This document shows, piece by piece, positions 21,372 through 31,884 of a stretch of 64,000 bases of DNA (positions are counted from its first letter, which is position 1; every line of letters begins with the position of its first letter). Position numbers and translations under genes: made by a program. The stretch spans positions 1,450 to 65,449 of the IMG/VR virus record IMGVR_UViG_3300033146_000447. One strand, 5' to 3'. The DNA comes from a virus. Taxonomy: Duplodnaviria > Caudoviricetes. Below the pieces are notes generated by a model. That model had not been told where the DNA came from, searched no databases, and saw only the letters and a program-made list of their open reading frames with translations.

Positions 21372-22965
21372 AACTTAGCTCTTTATAAGTTTTGAATATA
21401 TCTTTAATTTGATTCATGTATTCAGTTCTTTTAATCTTAAAAACTAATACGTTTGGAGGATTCCCTATTTGCCCTATCTTGAATAAGAACAATTCGGTGA
21501 ATGTAGCAGGTTGAGTCATCATTACATTACTCACACCTTTATTATCTGTTTTAATTAAACCTGTATTATCGGTATAATCATATGAAGCATTAATCCAATC
21601 TTCATCTATACTCTCAATCCAATGTTTAACTTGTTTCTCGGTAACACTATCAGGCTTACCCTGTGCTAATGCTCTCGATGAATGAATATTAATTCCATTG
21701 ATGTTTATTATCTTATCTGACTTAAAACTATCTTTAACTAGCTGTAATGTATCAGTTGATAAATACGTCATTAATGTAACATAATCCCTATCCTTCTTCA
21801 ATAAGCTAAACTTTCTATAGATTAGCTTTCCCCTACTTGTTGTAAATGGGGTTATATGTTTATTCATGTTCTCCATTATCTTTTTTAATTTAGTAACTCC
21901 CACTCTGTCTAAATAATCTGTAAAATCCTTTGCATAGAAATTAACAGTATTGAATTTACCATTAGTAAGAAACAAAGGCTCAAAGCCATATCTCCTATAA
22001 TGATTAGCCGCTGTAATACCAGTCCTATCGAAATCCATAAGTGATATACATCTGTCATGCTGTCTAACTAAGTAGTCTAGTTTATCCTTAGATATGTACG
22101 TACTCTCACTAGCAGCTGCTAAACAATTAGTCTTATAATATAAGTTTCTAAAGTGTTTATACAAGAACTGCATTATAGCGATTACGTCTTTGTAAGACTT
22201 AGTTAATATTAGTGTATCAGCATGATGATGATAATTAATTAATCCCTTTATAACACTAGCATTAATCATAAAACGCATATCATGTCTAGACCTATCAGGG
22301 AAATACAATTCCCAATTAGTTATATCTAGTGCGTCTTTACCTAAATTATAAGCATAGGCTTTATCACCACGCTCATAAATGTACTTAGGTTCAGGTTGAC
22401 TATCTTCATCTACCCAAAATCTATTTATAGGTTGTACATTATATAGTATTAAGAACTCTATAGTTATATGATACTTATTCCAATAGTCTATATCGTCATC
22501 AGTCCAATCTCTAGCTTCTACTCTGAAAATGTGTTTATGATTCCGTATTAGTTCAGTGTTAATTTCAACATGTTCTTGCTCTGATTCTCCTGTCATTATG
22601 TTAATATTAAGTTCAGCTACTATATGTATTAATACATTATAAAAACCTCTCTTCTTATTAACATTCACGCCTATAGCATAACCGACTAAATCAAAACAAT
22701 CACCCCAAAAGTAACCTGCAAAGTCTTTAGCTCTTAGTTTACCTTTAGTAGAGTATCTGAAACCTAAGCTTGGATTCTTATCTACACGCAATGGACTCCT
22801 TATTCTAGTACCTGAGTCAGCCAACGAATCTATAATATCACTTGTCATAGTATTCGTAGGTATAAACTTATTTAGATAATGAGCAAAGATGTCTGCCTGT
22901 GATACACTATTAAGGATTAACCTTGTTGATAGTTTCTTTTTAATTCCTTTACTCATATTAATCAC
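21358..22965 (-). CDS. crAss-type DNA primase (TOPRIM) with C-terminal extension
   Basis: SPLRVDKNPS, KDFAG..GDCFD, LILTKSYKD, DFDRTG, KDFTD. Confidence 0.8.
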   Translation of the reverse strand: MINMSKGIKKKLSTRLILNSVSQADIFAHYLNKFIPTNTMTSDIIDSLADSGTRIRSPLRVDKNPSLGFRYSTKGKLRAKDFAGYFWGDCFDLVGYAIGVNVNKKRGFYNVLIHIVAELNINIMTGESEQEHVEINTELIRNHKHIFRVEARDWTDDDIDYWNKYHITIEFLILYNVQPINRFWVDEDSQPEPKYIYERGDKAYAYNLGKDALDITNWELYFPDRSRHDMRFMINASVIKGLINYHHHADTLILTKSYKDVIAIMQFLYKHFRNLYYKTNCLAAASESTYISKDKLDYLVRQHDRCISLMDFDRTGITAANHYRRYGFEPLFLTNGKFNTVNFYAKDFTDYLDRVGVTKLKKIMENMNKHITPFTTSRGKLIYRKFSLLKKDRDYVTLMTYLSTDTLQLVKDSFKSDKIININGINIHSSRALAQGKPDSVTEKQVKHWIESIDEDWINASYDYTDNTGLIKTDNKGVSNVMMTQPATFTELFLFKIGQIGNPPNVLVFKIKRTEYMNQIKDIFKTYKELSYETV

Positions 22966-22967
22966 AT

Positions 22968-22998
22968 AAAAAAGGAGTACCCATAATTGGATACTCCT
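22968..22998 (-). terminator. Intrinsic terminator
   Basis: AGGAGTA.CCA/TGGATACTCCT stem next to an A6 run (U-tract on minus strand). Confidence 0.7.
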
Positions 22999-23021
22999 CT
23001 ATATTAATAATACTATTAATG

Positions 23022-23792
23022 TTACTTCAATTCATCAGGGATATCATCATCCATGATAGGAGCACCTGCACCAGCAGTTCCTCCACCTCCCACAGGAGCA
23101 GTAGTAGCATCAACGACAGCCTTAGGTGTAATACTCTCACCTTTAGCAATGTTTATACTAATAGACGGTTTAACATCTTTCTTGTAAACTTCGAATACAC
23201 CATCACCCGGAAATAACTGTAATCCTGCATCACCTCTATTGATAGGTGAAACCTTACCTTTAATTACAGAATACAATAGTAACTTTAGATAAGCAGGAAT
23301 AAATGCATCTTTATCTGTCTTAAAGATAGCCTTACCTTCTGCACCCTTATTGAATACATTAGCAACACCATTAAAGAAAGATAAATACGCCTTTAGTGTC
23401 TCACTAGGCTTATCTTCTGTAGATACGTTTAACTCCAAAGACTTATAGTCATCATCAGTTAATACATATCCGAAACCTTGAATGAAGTGATTAATCATCT
23501 CAAACATAGCATCCTCGAATAAAGCTGTATTTTTCTTATCTTGCTCTAATGAATTGTAAGAGTGATAGTAGAATGCAGGATTCTCATTCTTAGTGAACTC
23601 CTTAAACACGAATGTTATTCTTGGAACTTCTTCCCCTCTAAAACTTTCTTGTTTAGAATCTTCCTCTGCTACTGCTTTAGTAACTTCAACTGAATCTAAG
23701 ATAACCAATGATAAACCATCATGTACATTCTCAGAAGGTTTAAACTTCTTGATATTACCAGCTCTAGTTTCTTTATTTATACCTCTAGCCAT
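23022..23792 (-). CDS. Putative single-stranded DNA-binding protein
   Basis: Gly/Ala linker and acidic tail (DDDIPDELK); located between primase and RecT-like genes. Confidence 0.5.
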   Translation of the reverse strand: MARGINKETRAGNIKKFKPSENVHDGLSLVILDSVEVTKAVAEEDSKQESFRGEEVPRITFVFKEFTKNENPAFYYHSYNSLEQDKKNTALFEDAMFEMINHFIQGFGYVLTDDDYKSLELNVSTEDKPSETLKAYLSFFNGVANVFNKGAEGKAIFKTDKDAFIPAYLKLLLYSVIKGKVSPINRGDAGLQLFPGDGVFEVYKKDVKPSISINIAKGESITPKAVVDATTAPVGGGGTAGAGAPIMDDDIPDELK

Positions 23793-23826
23793 AAAATTAT
23801 ATTTTAAATGTTTATAAAATTAGTGA

Positions 23827-23857
23827 TAAAAAAGGACGAGCTTAAATGCCCGTCCTA
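23827..23857 (-). terminator. Intrinsic terminator
   Basis: AGGACGAGC/GCCCGTCCT stem next to an A7 run. Confidence 0.7.
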
Positions 23858-23877
23858 TAGATTGATACTATTGGTGA

Positions 23878-24504
23878 TTACTCGTCACCCATACCTAACA
23901 TACCATCATTCTCTTCTGCTTCAACTTCTTCGATGATAGCTTCAGATTTCAATGCGTACATTGTTCTCTCCTCACCATCAATATTGTAGTCAAATCCAGT
24001 TAAGTCTAACTCGAATGATTTAGATTGACCTTTAACACCACCTAGTAATGCCCAGTTAGTAGTAGATGAACAACTTAATGTTCCATATCCCTTACGTCCC
24101 TTGTGAGAAGCCATCTTAGACCCAACAAAGCTCTCAACCATCTCAGCTACTTTACCATCTTTTCTCTCTTGTGGAGTTAAACGCTCTTTAACCATTACTA
24201 CTTCACCATCGTCATCAAGCTCTAACCAACCTTTAACTACCCAGAAACTACGTGGGAACTCTGCAACAGGCTTGTTGTTCTCTTCTGCCCATGCTAAGAT
24301 GTCTTCGTTCTTATCAGCAATAGCTTTTAGAACTGTGTCATCATTGTTTAAGAACAATACATGCTCTCCCATCTTAACGTCCATGAACTTAGAAGCCGCT
24401 TCATTGATACGTAATATCCCTGCTGTAGGAGTTACAATTACTTTAGGCTCTAAATCTTGATTTCTCTTTGTCACTGATACTGTAGGTACTGCAAATAAAT
24501 TCAT
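23878..24504 (-). CDS. Hypothetical replication-module protein with acidic tail
   Basis: 208 aa; own terminator; acidic C-terminus. Confidence 0.7.
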   Translation of the reverse strand: MNLFAVPTVSVTKRNQDLEPKVIVTPTAGILRINEAASKFMDVKMGEHVLFLNNDDTVLKAIADKNEDILAWAEENNKPVAEFPRSFWVVKGWLELDDDGEVVMVKERLTPQERKDGKVAEMVESFVGSKMASHKGRKGYGTLSCSSTTNWALLGGVKGQSKSFELDLTGFDYNIDGEERTMYALKSEAIIEEVEAEENDGMLGMGDE

Positions 24505-24576
24505 CTTACTTAATTTTAATTGTTTATTAAACTTTTTAACTCTTGCCTTTAATACTAGGCTCTTTCACTAACCAAA

Positions 24577-25500
24577 CTATTCACTTCTCTCTTCTGTGTC
24601 TCCTGATATGACTTTACCTTCTTTGTTTGTAAGAATTGTCTTACCTTCTTCTACCACTGTAGCGAAGTTCTTGTCATTATCTTTTATTATTTCAGAGAAC
24701 TCATATACACCTTGTAAATAGTCTGATGCAATTATTCTACCACCTAAGCTAATACACCTATTTCTAAGCATAGTAGCAGGATTCTCATTCCAATTCCCTT
24801 TACCGTTAACTTCTACACCAGTTATTGGGTGTTTACCCTTATACAATCCAGCTATGGTTGCCTGCTCTAAGTTATACGATATAGAGATAACGTTTTCTAA
24901 TCCGCTATTCAGTTTTCGTGTGAATCTAATGGTTGTTTGATATGTACTAGGGTTATTCCCAAGAGCAACTACTGTTTTGCCCTCAGAATCCCCACTTGTA
25001 CCGTTAATATGAAACTTCTCAGGTCTGCTGTTCACTAAGTCTATATCATATCGTTGCCCTTTAGCATCTATATATTTATATAGAGGAGTATAATCTTCTA
25101 GAATCTCTAGTTTAACTCCTGCCTTTACTAACTGACTACTAATTATATGAACACCTGTGACACTTACATCCCCATTACTAGTAGGTATTATGTGTATATT
25201 CTCTATCGCTGTGATAGGGTCTATACCCATTCCTCTACCTTTTATAACACTAAACACTTTGTTGGCATTTAACTTCTTACCTAACATTATAGCAGTCATA
25301 GGACTAATACCTATTTCGCGACCTATTATAATAGCGTTCATTACATCATCGACACTCTCTAGTTGCTTATTGTATGCTTTAGACTTCATTATAAGCTCTG
25401 CATACTTCTGTAAACTATCGAATCCTGCTACTAAATCATCGAATCCTGTAGTATCTGCACTACTTACGACTAACTTAGTATCCTTTTGTGTTTCATTCAT
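24577..25500 (-). CDS. RecT/Bet-like single-strand annealing protein
   Basis: GMGIDPITAIENIHII, AGL...NWNENPATMLRNRCISLGGR...DYLQGVY; likely start MNETQ at 25500. Confidence 0.65.
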   Translation of the reverse strand: MNETQKDTKLVVSSADTTGFDDLVAGFDSLQKYAELIMKSKAYNKQLESVDDVMNAIIIGREIGISPMTAIMLGKKLNANKVFSVIKGRGMGIDPITAIENIHIIPTSNGDVSVTGVHIISSQLVKAGVKLEILEDYTPLYKYIDAKGQRYDIDLVNSRPEKFHINGTSGDSEGKTVVALGNNPSTYQTTIRFTRKLNSGLENVISISYNLEQATIAGLYKGKHPITGVEVNGKGNWNENPATMLRNRCISLGGRIIASDYLQGVYEFSEIIKDNDKNFATVVEEGKTILTNKEGKVISGDTEERSE

Positions 25501-25555
25501 TGGTGTAAATATAAAAACATTTAACTTAAAAACAAACATTTCTATACTTTATTTA

Positions 25556-26887
25556 CTACTTTAGTGTAAAATCTTTCATTGTTTCCATTGTTACATAACT
25601 GCGAATTTTATAAAATAAACTATTATATTTCTTATCATCATTCGAGTATTTATTATACAAACAGATAACAGGAATTGATTTATTATATAGTTTTAAGCTT
25701 TCTGAATGGATGCTTTTTGCTAAAGGTTGTTTACTTCCTGCCAATATTATCATATCAGCATCAAGTTTAAAATCAACTCCTTTAGGGATTGCACCCGACA
25801 CAATTAGAACATTTATTGATTTATTTCTAAAATCCTCCAAATTCATACGTTTGATAATAGTGCTACCAATCATACGAATAGAGCCTTTATTAGTCCCTGA
25901 TTTAACTACTACGGGTTTACCGTCTTCGCCTATCATTGCTTGCTTCTTTAAGCTATTATGATAACCTTTAACCTTTATATCTAATACGCCTGTCTCAGCT
26001 CTATAGATAACAGCATTAGTTAACTCAGTAGAGTTAGTAAATATAAGTATTTGTTTGCCTTTATACGCGTATAGTATGTCTATTAACGCATTGACTTTTC
26101 CTGCATTATTAGTTAGCATGTTAGCTCTATTACTAAAGATACGCATTAGACCATCAGCTGCATCATAAATAGCACTAGGTTTAAAAGCTATATCTAACTC
26201 ATTGAATAAACGTATAGACTTATCTAAGTCTTTGTTCCATCCATGATACTTAGATATTATACTTATTATATCCTTGCTATCTACTTTGTGAAAGTTGCCA
26301 TTCTTATCCTTAGTAGTCCTACCTCTGAGTACGGCATTCATTAGCTCAAAGGTATTCTCAAACTTCATATTAGTCCCATCAAAGGCATCTACTGGGAACT
26401 TAACTAAAGCTATGTTTATTTCATCTGTCAATGCATTGTAATCTTTTTGCTCTTCTTCTGTGAAGACACACCCGTATTTGTTGAACGTGTATATAGTTTT
26501 AAACTCATTTAGTATTACAAACTCGCTATTATCCAATAAGTGTATCAACTTCCTAGAAATTAGTATTAGAACAAACACTGACTCCACCGCTTTCAATGAC
26601 GCTTCTGTGTGAGCTATGTTATCTGCTTCTAATATATCTATCACTAAATGCTTAGGTGATACTTCACCACCTACAACATCACTTATCTTAATATTCTTAA
26701 CATTAGTTGATTCAACACTAAATAGATTATTAGCAAACGTTAACATACGTATCACTTCTGTTCTATTCTTATTCTCAACTAATGTAGCGTACTTAGTAAC
26801 TAAAGTAGTTTTATCTTCGAGGTCATCATATACATAAATCCCTCTACCTTTATTATTTTTAAAATTATCTAAAACAGTATTATGCAT
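25556..26887 (-). CDS. Degenerate SF2 helicase-like protein
   Basis: C-terminal RecA2-like features (KQILIFTNS, YHNS, FRNKSINVLIVS..IPKGVDF); Walker A/B not intact. Confidence 0.55.
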   Translation of the reverse strand: MHNTVLDNFKNNKGRGIYVYDDLEDKTTLVTKYATLVENKNRTEVIRMLTFANNLFSVESTNVKNIKISDVVGGEVSPKHLVIDILEADNIAHTEASLKAVESVFVLILISRKLIHLLDNSEFVILNEFKTIYTFNKYGCVFTEEEQKDYNALTDEINIALVKFPVDAFDGTNMKFENTFELMNAVLRGRTTKDKNGNFHKVDSKDIISIISKYHGWNKDLDKSIRLFNELDIAFKPSAIYDAADGLMRIFSNRANMLTNNAGKVNALIDILYAYKGKQILIFTNSTELTNAVIYRAETGVLDIKVKGYHNSLKKQAMIGEDGKPVVVKSGTNKGSIRMIGSTIIKRMNLEDFRNKSINVLIVSGAIPKGVDFKLDADMIILAGSKQPLAKSIHSESLKLYNKSIPVICLYNKYSNDDKKYNSLFYKIRSYVTMETMKDFTLK

Positions 26888-26910
26888 AATTATAAGTTTA
26901 TTATTATTAA

Positions 26911-26938
26911 TGACTATCCTCTATACACGGGGTAGCTA
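26911..26938 (-). repeat. Dispersed motif copy (intergenic)
   Basis: TGACTATCCTCTATACACGGGGTAGCTA on + strand. Confidence 0.9.
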
Positions 26939-26948
26939 TCCGTATCAT

Positions 26949-29000
26949 CTAAAATGATACTCCTGCAAACAAGTCTCCTGTTACACCTTCAATGTCATGT
27001 ATGACTTTTCTAGCTTGTGATATGTAGTAAGGATAGTTTATATGATAGTCAGACATATCTTCATATCTTTCTATCTTATTCATTATCGTTACTAACTTAC
27101 CCTTCATTTGATTACTTGTAGTCCCATCTCCTCCCTTTGCTGGGTCAGAGTATTTCAATAGTGTTCCACCTTTCGTGGATACGTAGAATCGAAGGTTCTT
27201 CTGATATGTAGTCTTAACTAACTCATTATCTTTTAACACTTCAATTATATTAGTATATTTCCTAGCTGTGTTCTTTGTACGAAAGAACCTAGTTATATCT
27301 TTACTCTCCCTGATAGTCTCTTCAATAGGTATATTATTAACATAGTATTCCTCAATAGCCTCAGCTACTATAGTCATACTTACACCTCTACTTAGGTCTT
27401 CAAATTGTATATCTTTATTGAATGAACCTTTACGCTTAACATCTTTTACATACTTACCTTTAACATCCTCGTAAACAGTCTTACCGACATGTTTCTTCTC
27501 ATTGTATTCAATACGTTTTACAGTTAGATAATTATTAACATCTCTTCTAACATATAATAAGTAATCAGTATAGTCCATACCAATCCCCGTATTAATCACC
27601 CACTCATCACAAATGGCAGTATATATATCTTCTTTCTCTCTTGGTATCTTACACACAATACCATCTGTATTAGCTGATATTACTTCGATACCTGCTTCAT
27701 AAAACTGTTCAATTAGCATTAACAATAGTAGTTGACCATTGATAGTAACCTCTAATAGGCTCATTCTATCATACACCCACTTATACTCGCTAGACATTTT
27801 CCCAAATGTACCGTTAATTGTAATCTTAAGTCCATCTGACGTTACTTTGTCACCTGACTTCTTCGCTTCTAATCGTTGCTTTACTATTACCGCAAACACT
27901 TCTAAGAACTCTCTACCTAAATGTCTAGGAGATACACCTTTATTTAACATTAGACTAGGATAATAAGAGTCAGCATCAACATCTCTAATAATATGAGTAT
28001 CTGTAGTCTTAAACAGAGCAGGTTTATCAACACTATGTAGACCACCTGCACCAAACTCGAAACCCATCTTGTATATCAATGTCTGCTTTAACTCGGAATA
28101 TGATACGATTACTTTACCTCTCAACTCATCCATTAAGTTATTAAAGTAAGCAGTCTTAAAATATACCTTATCCCAAATAACATCTTTTATAGGTAATACC
28201 TTATGATGTGTCCTACTATCTCTAAACTCTGACAACTCCATGTTAGTAGCATCAGCATAATATTTGTTCAATAACACATCTCCTATATGACTTCTATCGG
28301 AATTAATTACATTAACTCTATACCTTTGTGATATTTGAAACCTTAATCGTATCTCAGGTAACTCATGTTTGTATATAGCTTTTGTTCCACCCACATCATT
28401 GAAGTTATAATCAATCATTGCAGGTATATGCTCTTTTAACACAAACCTATCAAAGTCAGGCATTGCATTAACATATTCTTTAGTCATATGAGGATATAGA
28501 GTTAACTCCTCATCTGTACAATCAGGCATCTCCCAATCTTGGATAAGATACCAATTAATATTGATAAGTGTCTGCTTTAATGATTTAAGCTTAGGTGGTT
28601 TATGTAAACCTAGTATTCTCATCATATCCATAGACTTAGCAGGCATAGAACTCCATTTAAGTCTATTAATTAAGTCACTAGTAACATAGTCTGTTTGACT
28701 ACTTATTATCTCTTTACTCAACTTATAAAGCTTATCTACTTTATTCTTTAACTTACGCTCATTGAACAACATGTTGATTATGAACTTCAATAGTAAATCA
28801 TCATAAGTAAAACTATTATACCCAACTAGATACAACTTCCTAGTTAAGAACTCAGCTATCTTTAATGAATCATCTATATGGTCTTCACCAATCATGTCAT
28901 GAAATAGTATAAACGTAAGTCTTTCGTCTGTAGTAGAATGTTCCAACGCTATAGAAAAGAAGTTAGGTACACACTCAACGTCATATATCCATACTTCCAT
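26949..29000 (-). CDS. Family B DNA polymerase with 3'-5' exonuclease domain
   Basis: YDVE and GYNSFTYD exonuclease motifs; DADSYYP, KITINGTFG, SANTDG. Confidence 0.92.
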   Translation of the reverse strand: MEVWIYDVECVPNFFSIALEHSTTDERLTFILFHDMIGEDHIDDSLKIAEFLTRKLYLVGYNSFTYDDLLLKFIINMLFNERKLKNKVDKLYKLSKEIISSQTDYVTSDLINRLKWSSMPAKSMDMMRILGLHKPPKLKSLKQTLININWYLIQDWEMPDCTDEELTLYPHMTKEYVNAMPDFDRFVLKEHIPAMIDYNFNDVGGTKAIYKHELPEIRLRFQISQRYRVNVINSDRSHIGDVLLNKYYADATNMELSEFRDSRTHHKVLPIKDVIWDKVYFKTAYFNNLMDELRGKVIVSYSELKQTLIYKMGFEFGAGGLHSVDKPALFKTTDTHIIRDVDADSYYPSLMLNKGVSPRHLGREFLEVFAVIVKQRLEAKKSGDKVTSDGLKITINGTFGKMSSEYKWVYDRMSLLEVTINGQLLLLMLIEQFYEAGIEVISANTDGIVCKIPREKEDIYTAICDEWVINTGIGMDYTDYLLYVRRDVNNYLTVKRIEYNEKKHVGKTVYEDVKGKYVKDVKRKGSFNKDIQFEDLSRGVSMTIVAEAIEEYYVNNIPIEETIRESKDITRFFRTKNTARKYTNIIEVLKDNELVKTTYQKNLRFYVSTKGGTLLKYSDPAKGGDGTTSNQMKGKLVTIMNKIERYEDMSDYHINYPYYISQARKVIHDIEGVTGDLFAGVSF

Positions 29001-29003
29001 AAT

Positions 29004-29240
29004 TTATTCTTTAATCGTATTCTTAACTATCTTTACAGTATATCCCTCAGGTGTAACCTTCTTAATACCTAATACAAAATCATGTATAGATTTATCAGTA
29101 TATACTATTATAGTTTTATCTTCATTAGTAGGATGTTGTAATTTGTAATCCTCTAATGCTTTATCTTTCACATTACTAATAACTGCTATTAATAGTATCA
29201 TCAATGCTAGGATTATTAATATCTTACTCGTATTGCTCAT
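29004..29240 (-). CDS. Small protein with N-terminal membrane anchor
   Basis: KILIILALMILLIAVI. Confidence 0.65.
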   Translation of the reverse strand: MSNTSKILIILALMILLIAVISNVKDKALEDYKLQHPTNEDKTIIVYTDKSIHDFVLGIKKVTPEGYTVKIVKNTIKE

Positions 29241-29251
29241 CTTGTTAATCT

Positions 29252-29270
29252 TAGCTACCCCGTCATAGAG
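29252..29270 (+). repeat. Dispersed motif copy (intergenic)
   Basis: TAGCTACCCCGTCATAGAG. Confidence 0.9.
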
Positions 29271-29276
29271 GGAGCA

Positions 29277-29801
29277 TTACAACAATGCTAATTCATATTC
29301 AAGTGTTATCTTATTAAGATACTCCTTAAACTTGTGTATGTTACTATCTGTAACCTTATAAGAATAGTCAGGTATCAATATACAATTATGTAATTTCCCA
29401 ACTGTGAAGAACTCTCCTTTTAAATCATCTACATGCTTAACGGCAAAGTTATTAGTCAAAGCTCTGAAAGCCTTAACTCCTAGAATCACATTAACCTTAG
29501 GTGGTATAGTTATATCGCTAGCTAGATTATTAGCCATGCATGTTGACACTTCTACTTTTGTAACCTTACCTCTAGCTCTACATTTAAGCACACTAGTGAT
29601 ATAAATAGAATCAACATCCAATTCATAATCTTGTAATATACTTAGAAACTTAACAGCTCTAGGATTAGACATCAATAGTCCATCTTTATCCTCTCTAATA
29701 GTAGGAGAGTAACGATAGAAGAATATATCAGCCGTAGGTGTGCCATAACCCTTTACTTGGTTATAGCGACCCACTGCTAATTTACATCTAGTGCAACTCA
29801 T
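29277..29801 (-). CDS. Family 4 uracil-DNA glycosylase-like Fe-S protein with altered catalytic motifs
   Basis: CTRCKL, GYGTPTADI, YITSVLKCR, C, PKVNVILG. Confidence 0.7.
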   Translation of the reverse strand: MSCTRCKLAVGRYNQVKGYGTPTADIFFYRYSPTIREDKDGLLMSNPRAVKFLSILQDYELDVDSIYITSVLKCRARGKVTKVEVSTCMANNLASDITIPPKVNVILGVKAFRALTNNFAVKHVDDLKGEFFTVGKLHNCILIPDYSYKVTDSNIHKFKEYLNKITLEYELALL

Positions 29802-29803
29802 TA

Positions 29804-30412
29804 CTACTTTAGTCTCTTAATAATCAAATCAATCTTAACTATTAATGAGCTACCGAATAACTTAATAGCCCACCATGTCTTTAGGTCGACTAATAACTTA
29901 GATATATCAAAGAGTAAAGACTGATGATTAGCTTCTACTACTTTAGCATCTGACTTTAGATTCTTAATTACAGCAGATGCAGCATCCCAACCCTTTAAGT
30001 TACTATTAGTAGACTTAATAGCTCTATCCCTAGCAGCTATAGTATCATCCAATAATCCGTTCTTATCAGTTACCAGCTTAGTTAATTCCTTAACTTTAAT
30101 ATTAGCAACATTAAGCTCTTTAAGTTTACGCTTTAGCTCATTATCTGCTGAGTTAAACTTAGTTCTCATCTCAACGAAACGGTCTTTAAGTTTATCATTC
30201 TCATTAGTAATTTCCATTACCTCATTAGCTCGTTCATTAGAATGACTTTCAGCTAGAGCTATACGCTTAATACTATTGCTAGCTTTAGCTGATTCTTTTT
30301 CTACTTCCTCTAAGAAAGCTTCTAATCTAGCAGTAATGTTACCTTTAGCAGGTGCTACTATTACCTTACCTCCAATCTCTAATTTGAGATTATTAATGTC
30401 TGTGTGATTCAT
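29804..30412 (-). CDS. Coiled-coil protein
   Basis: 202 aa, heptad-rich. Confidence 0.65.
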   Translation of the reverse strand: MNHTDINNLKLEIGGKVIVAPAKGNITARLEAFLEEVEKESAKASNSIKRIALAESHSNERANEVMEITNENDKLKDRFVEMRTKFNSADNELKRKLKELNVANIKVKELTKLVTDKNGLLDDTIAARDRAIKSTNSNLKGWDAASAVIKNLKSDAKVVEANHQSLLFDISKLLVDLKTWWAIKLFGSSLIVKIDLIIKRLK

Positions 30413-30423
30413 AATTTTCTGTA

Positions 30424-31884
30424 TTAAATTAAAATATGTGCTTCAATAGATGCTCTACTTAGAGCAACATAAATAAGTTTATTACGCAGTTTAATATTAC
30501 CAACAGGATTACCCCACTTGTCGTATAATACATTCCTAAGATTTAAGAATACACTCCTGTAGGTTGACCCCTGACTCTTGTGTATCGTTGACCCATAGAT
30601 AAAGTCTATAGTCTTGTTAGCTTTGATATTTGCCGTTAGTTCAATATCGCGTAATAGCATTATTCGTTCGGTATAAGCGTAGAATGACTTCCATGCTTTA
30701 TATCTAGATGAACCTTGCTTAGACTGTGCATCTATAAGAAGGTTGTAGTAGTTACGTTTAAATAGTTCAACGCTTGGTTTATCCTCATGGTCTAATACAA
30801 ACATAGCAGGACTTCTACCACCTGTATCTATATTCTTAAAACTAGTAAGATAACCCTTTAAGTTATTACCATCTTTATCTCTAAAGTCTAGCACATCATC
30901 AATAGGTTTGTAATATAACGAGTTTGTTATTATAGGATTCATATTCTCATCCAATACGGTTTTATAACCCATCATTACATCATCTAATGTCAATATGTTC
31001 TTAGACTTAATTAAACTCTTACGAACATAACTATTCCAATCAAGTATATTAGGATTGGTAAAAGCTAAGTATCGAGTATCGATAATATTATTACGAATAG
31101 TATCTACCAACTTAACACCAAACTCAGATACTGAATTAGCATAACTATAAGTAGCATAACCCATACCTTCATCGTTCATAAACTCTTTATCAAGATTACG
31201 AAATAGGTGCATGATTAAACTATTACCGTTAGTAGCTATATCATTTCTAGCCATACCTAATAACTCTAATAAGGGATGCCCTGCTTCTTGTCTAACAATC
31301 TCAGTTAACTCGAAATGTAAAGGTATATCAAATACTTTTGAATATGATTCCTTAACTGGTGGTAACTGTAGTCTATCACCTACAAAGATTATGATAGTGT
31401 TCTCATTCTTAGATTCATTATATAGAACCTTAAGCAGATTACGATTTATCATAGATGCTTCATCCACAATTACTATCTGTGTCTCACTTATAGTAGGTGT
31501 AGCTATTTGACTAAACTTAGGATTAGACGGGTCAAAGTCTTCGAGATTAACGTCAGGTCTTAAACCTAATAGCTTATGAAGTGTAGCCGTCTTAACCTTA
31601 ATACTTTTAGCTAATATACTAACAGCCTTATGAGTTGGAGCAGAACCTACTATAGAATAACCTTTAAGATAGTGAACTAGATACCTAAGTAATGTAGTCT
31701 TACCTGTTCCGGCACTACCTTCTAGTATCATTAGTAAACCACCTGTATCATAATCCTTAATAGCTTTTAACATTCCTCTTAAGACAGTATTCTGACCTAG
31801 TGTAAGCTTAAACTCTTCCTTTAGCTCTTTACCTTTAACCTTCTTAACAGGTCTAGTGTATTTGGGTTGATGTAGCTCTTCCAT
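30424..31884 (-). CDS. SF1 (Dda/RecD-like) DNA helicase
   Basis: GSAGTGKT, APTHKA, VDEASM, GDRLQLPPV, TIHKSQGST, YVALSRA. Confidence 0.93.
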   Translation of the reverse strand: MEELHQPKYTRPVKKVKGKELKEEFKLTLGQNTVLRGMLKAIKDYDTGGLLMILEGSAGTGKTTLLRYLVHYLKGYSIVGSAPTHKAVSILAKSIKVKTATLHKLLGLRPDVNLEDFDPSNPKFSQIATPTISETQIVIVDEASMINRNLLKVLYNESKNENTIIIFVGDRLQLPPVKESYSKVFDIPLHFELTEIVRQEAGHPLLELLGMARNDIATNGNSLIMHLFRNLDKEFMNDEGMGYATYSYANSVSEFGVKLVDTIRNNIIDTRYLAFTNPNILDWNSYVRKSLIKSKNILTLDDVMMGYKTVLDENMNPIITNSLYYKPIDDVLDFRDKDGNNLKGYLTSFKNIDTGGRSPAMFVLDHEDKPSVELFKRNYYNLLIDAQSKQGSSRYKAWKSFYAYTERIMLLRDIELTANIKANKTIDFIYGSTIHKSQGSTYRSVFLNLRNVLYDKWGNPVGNIKLRNKLIYVALSRASIEAHILI

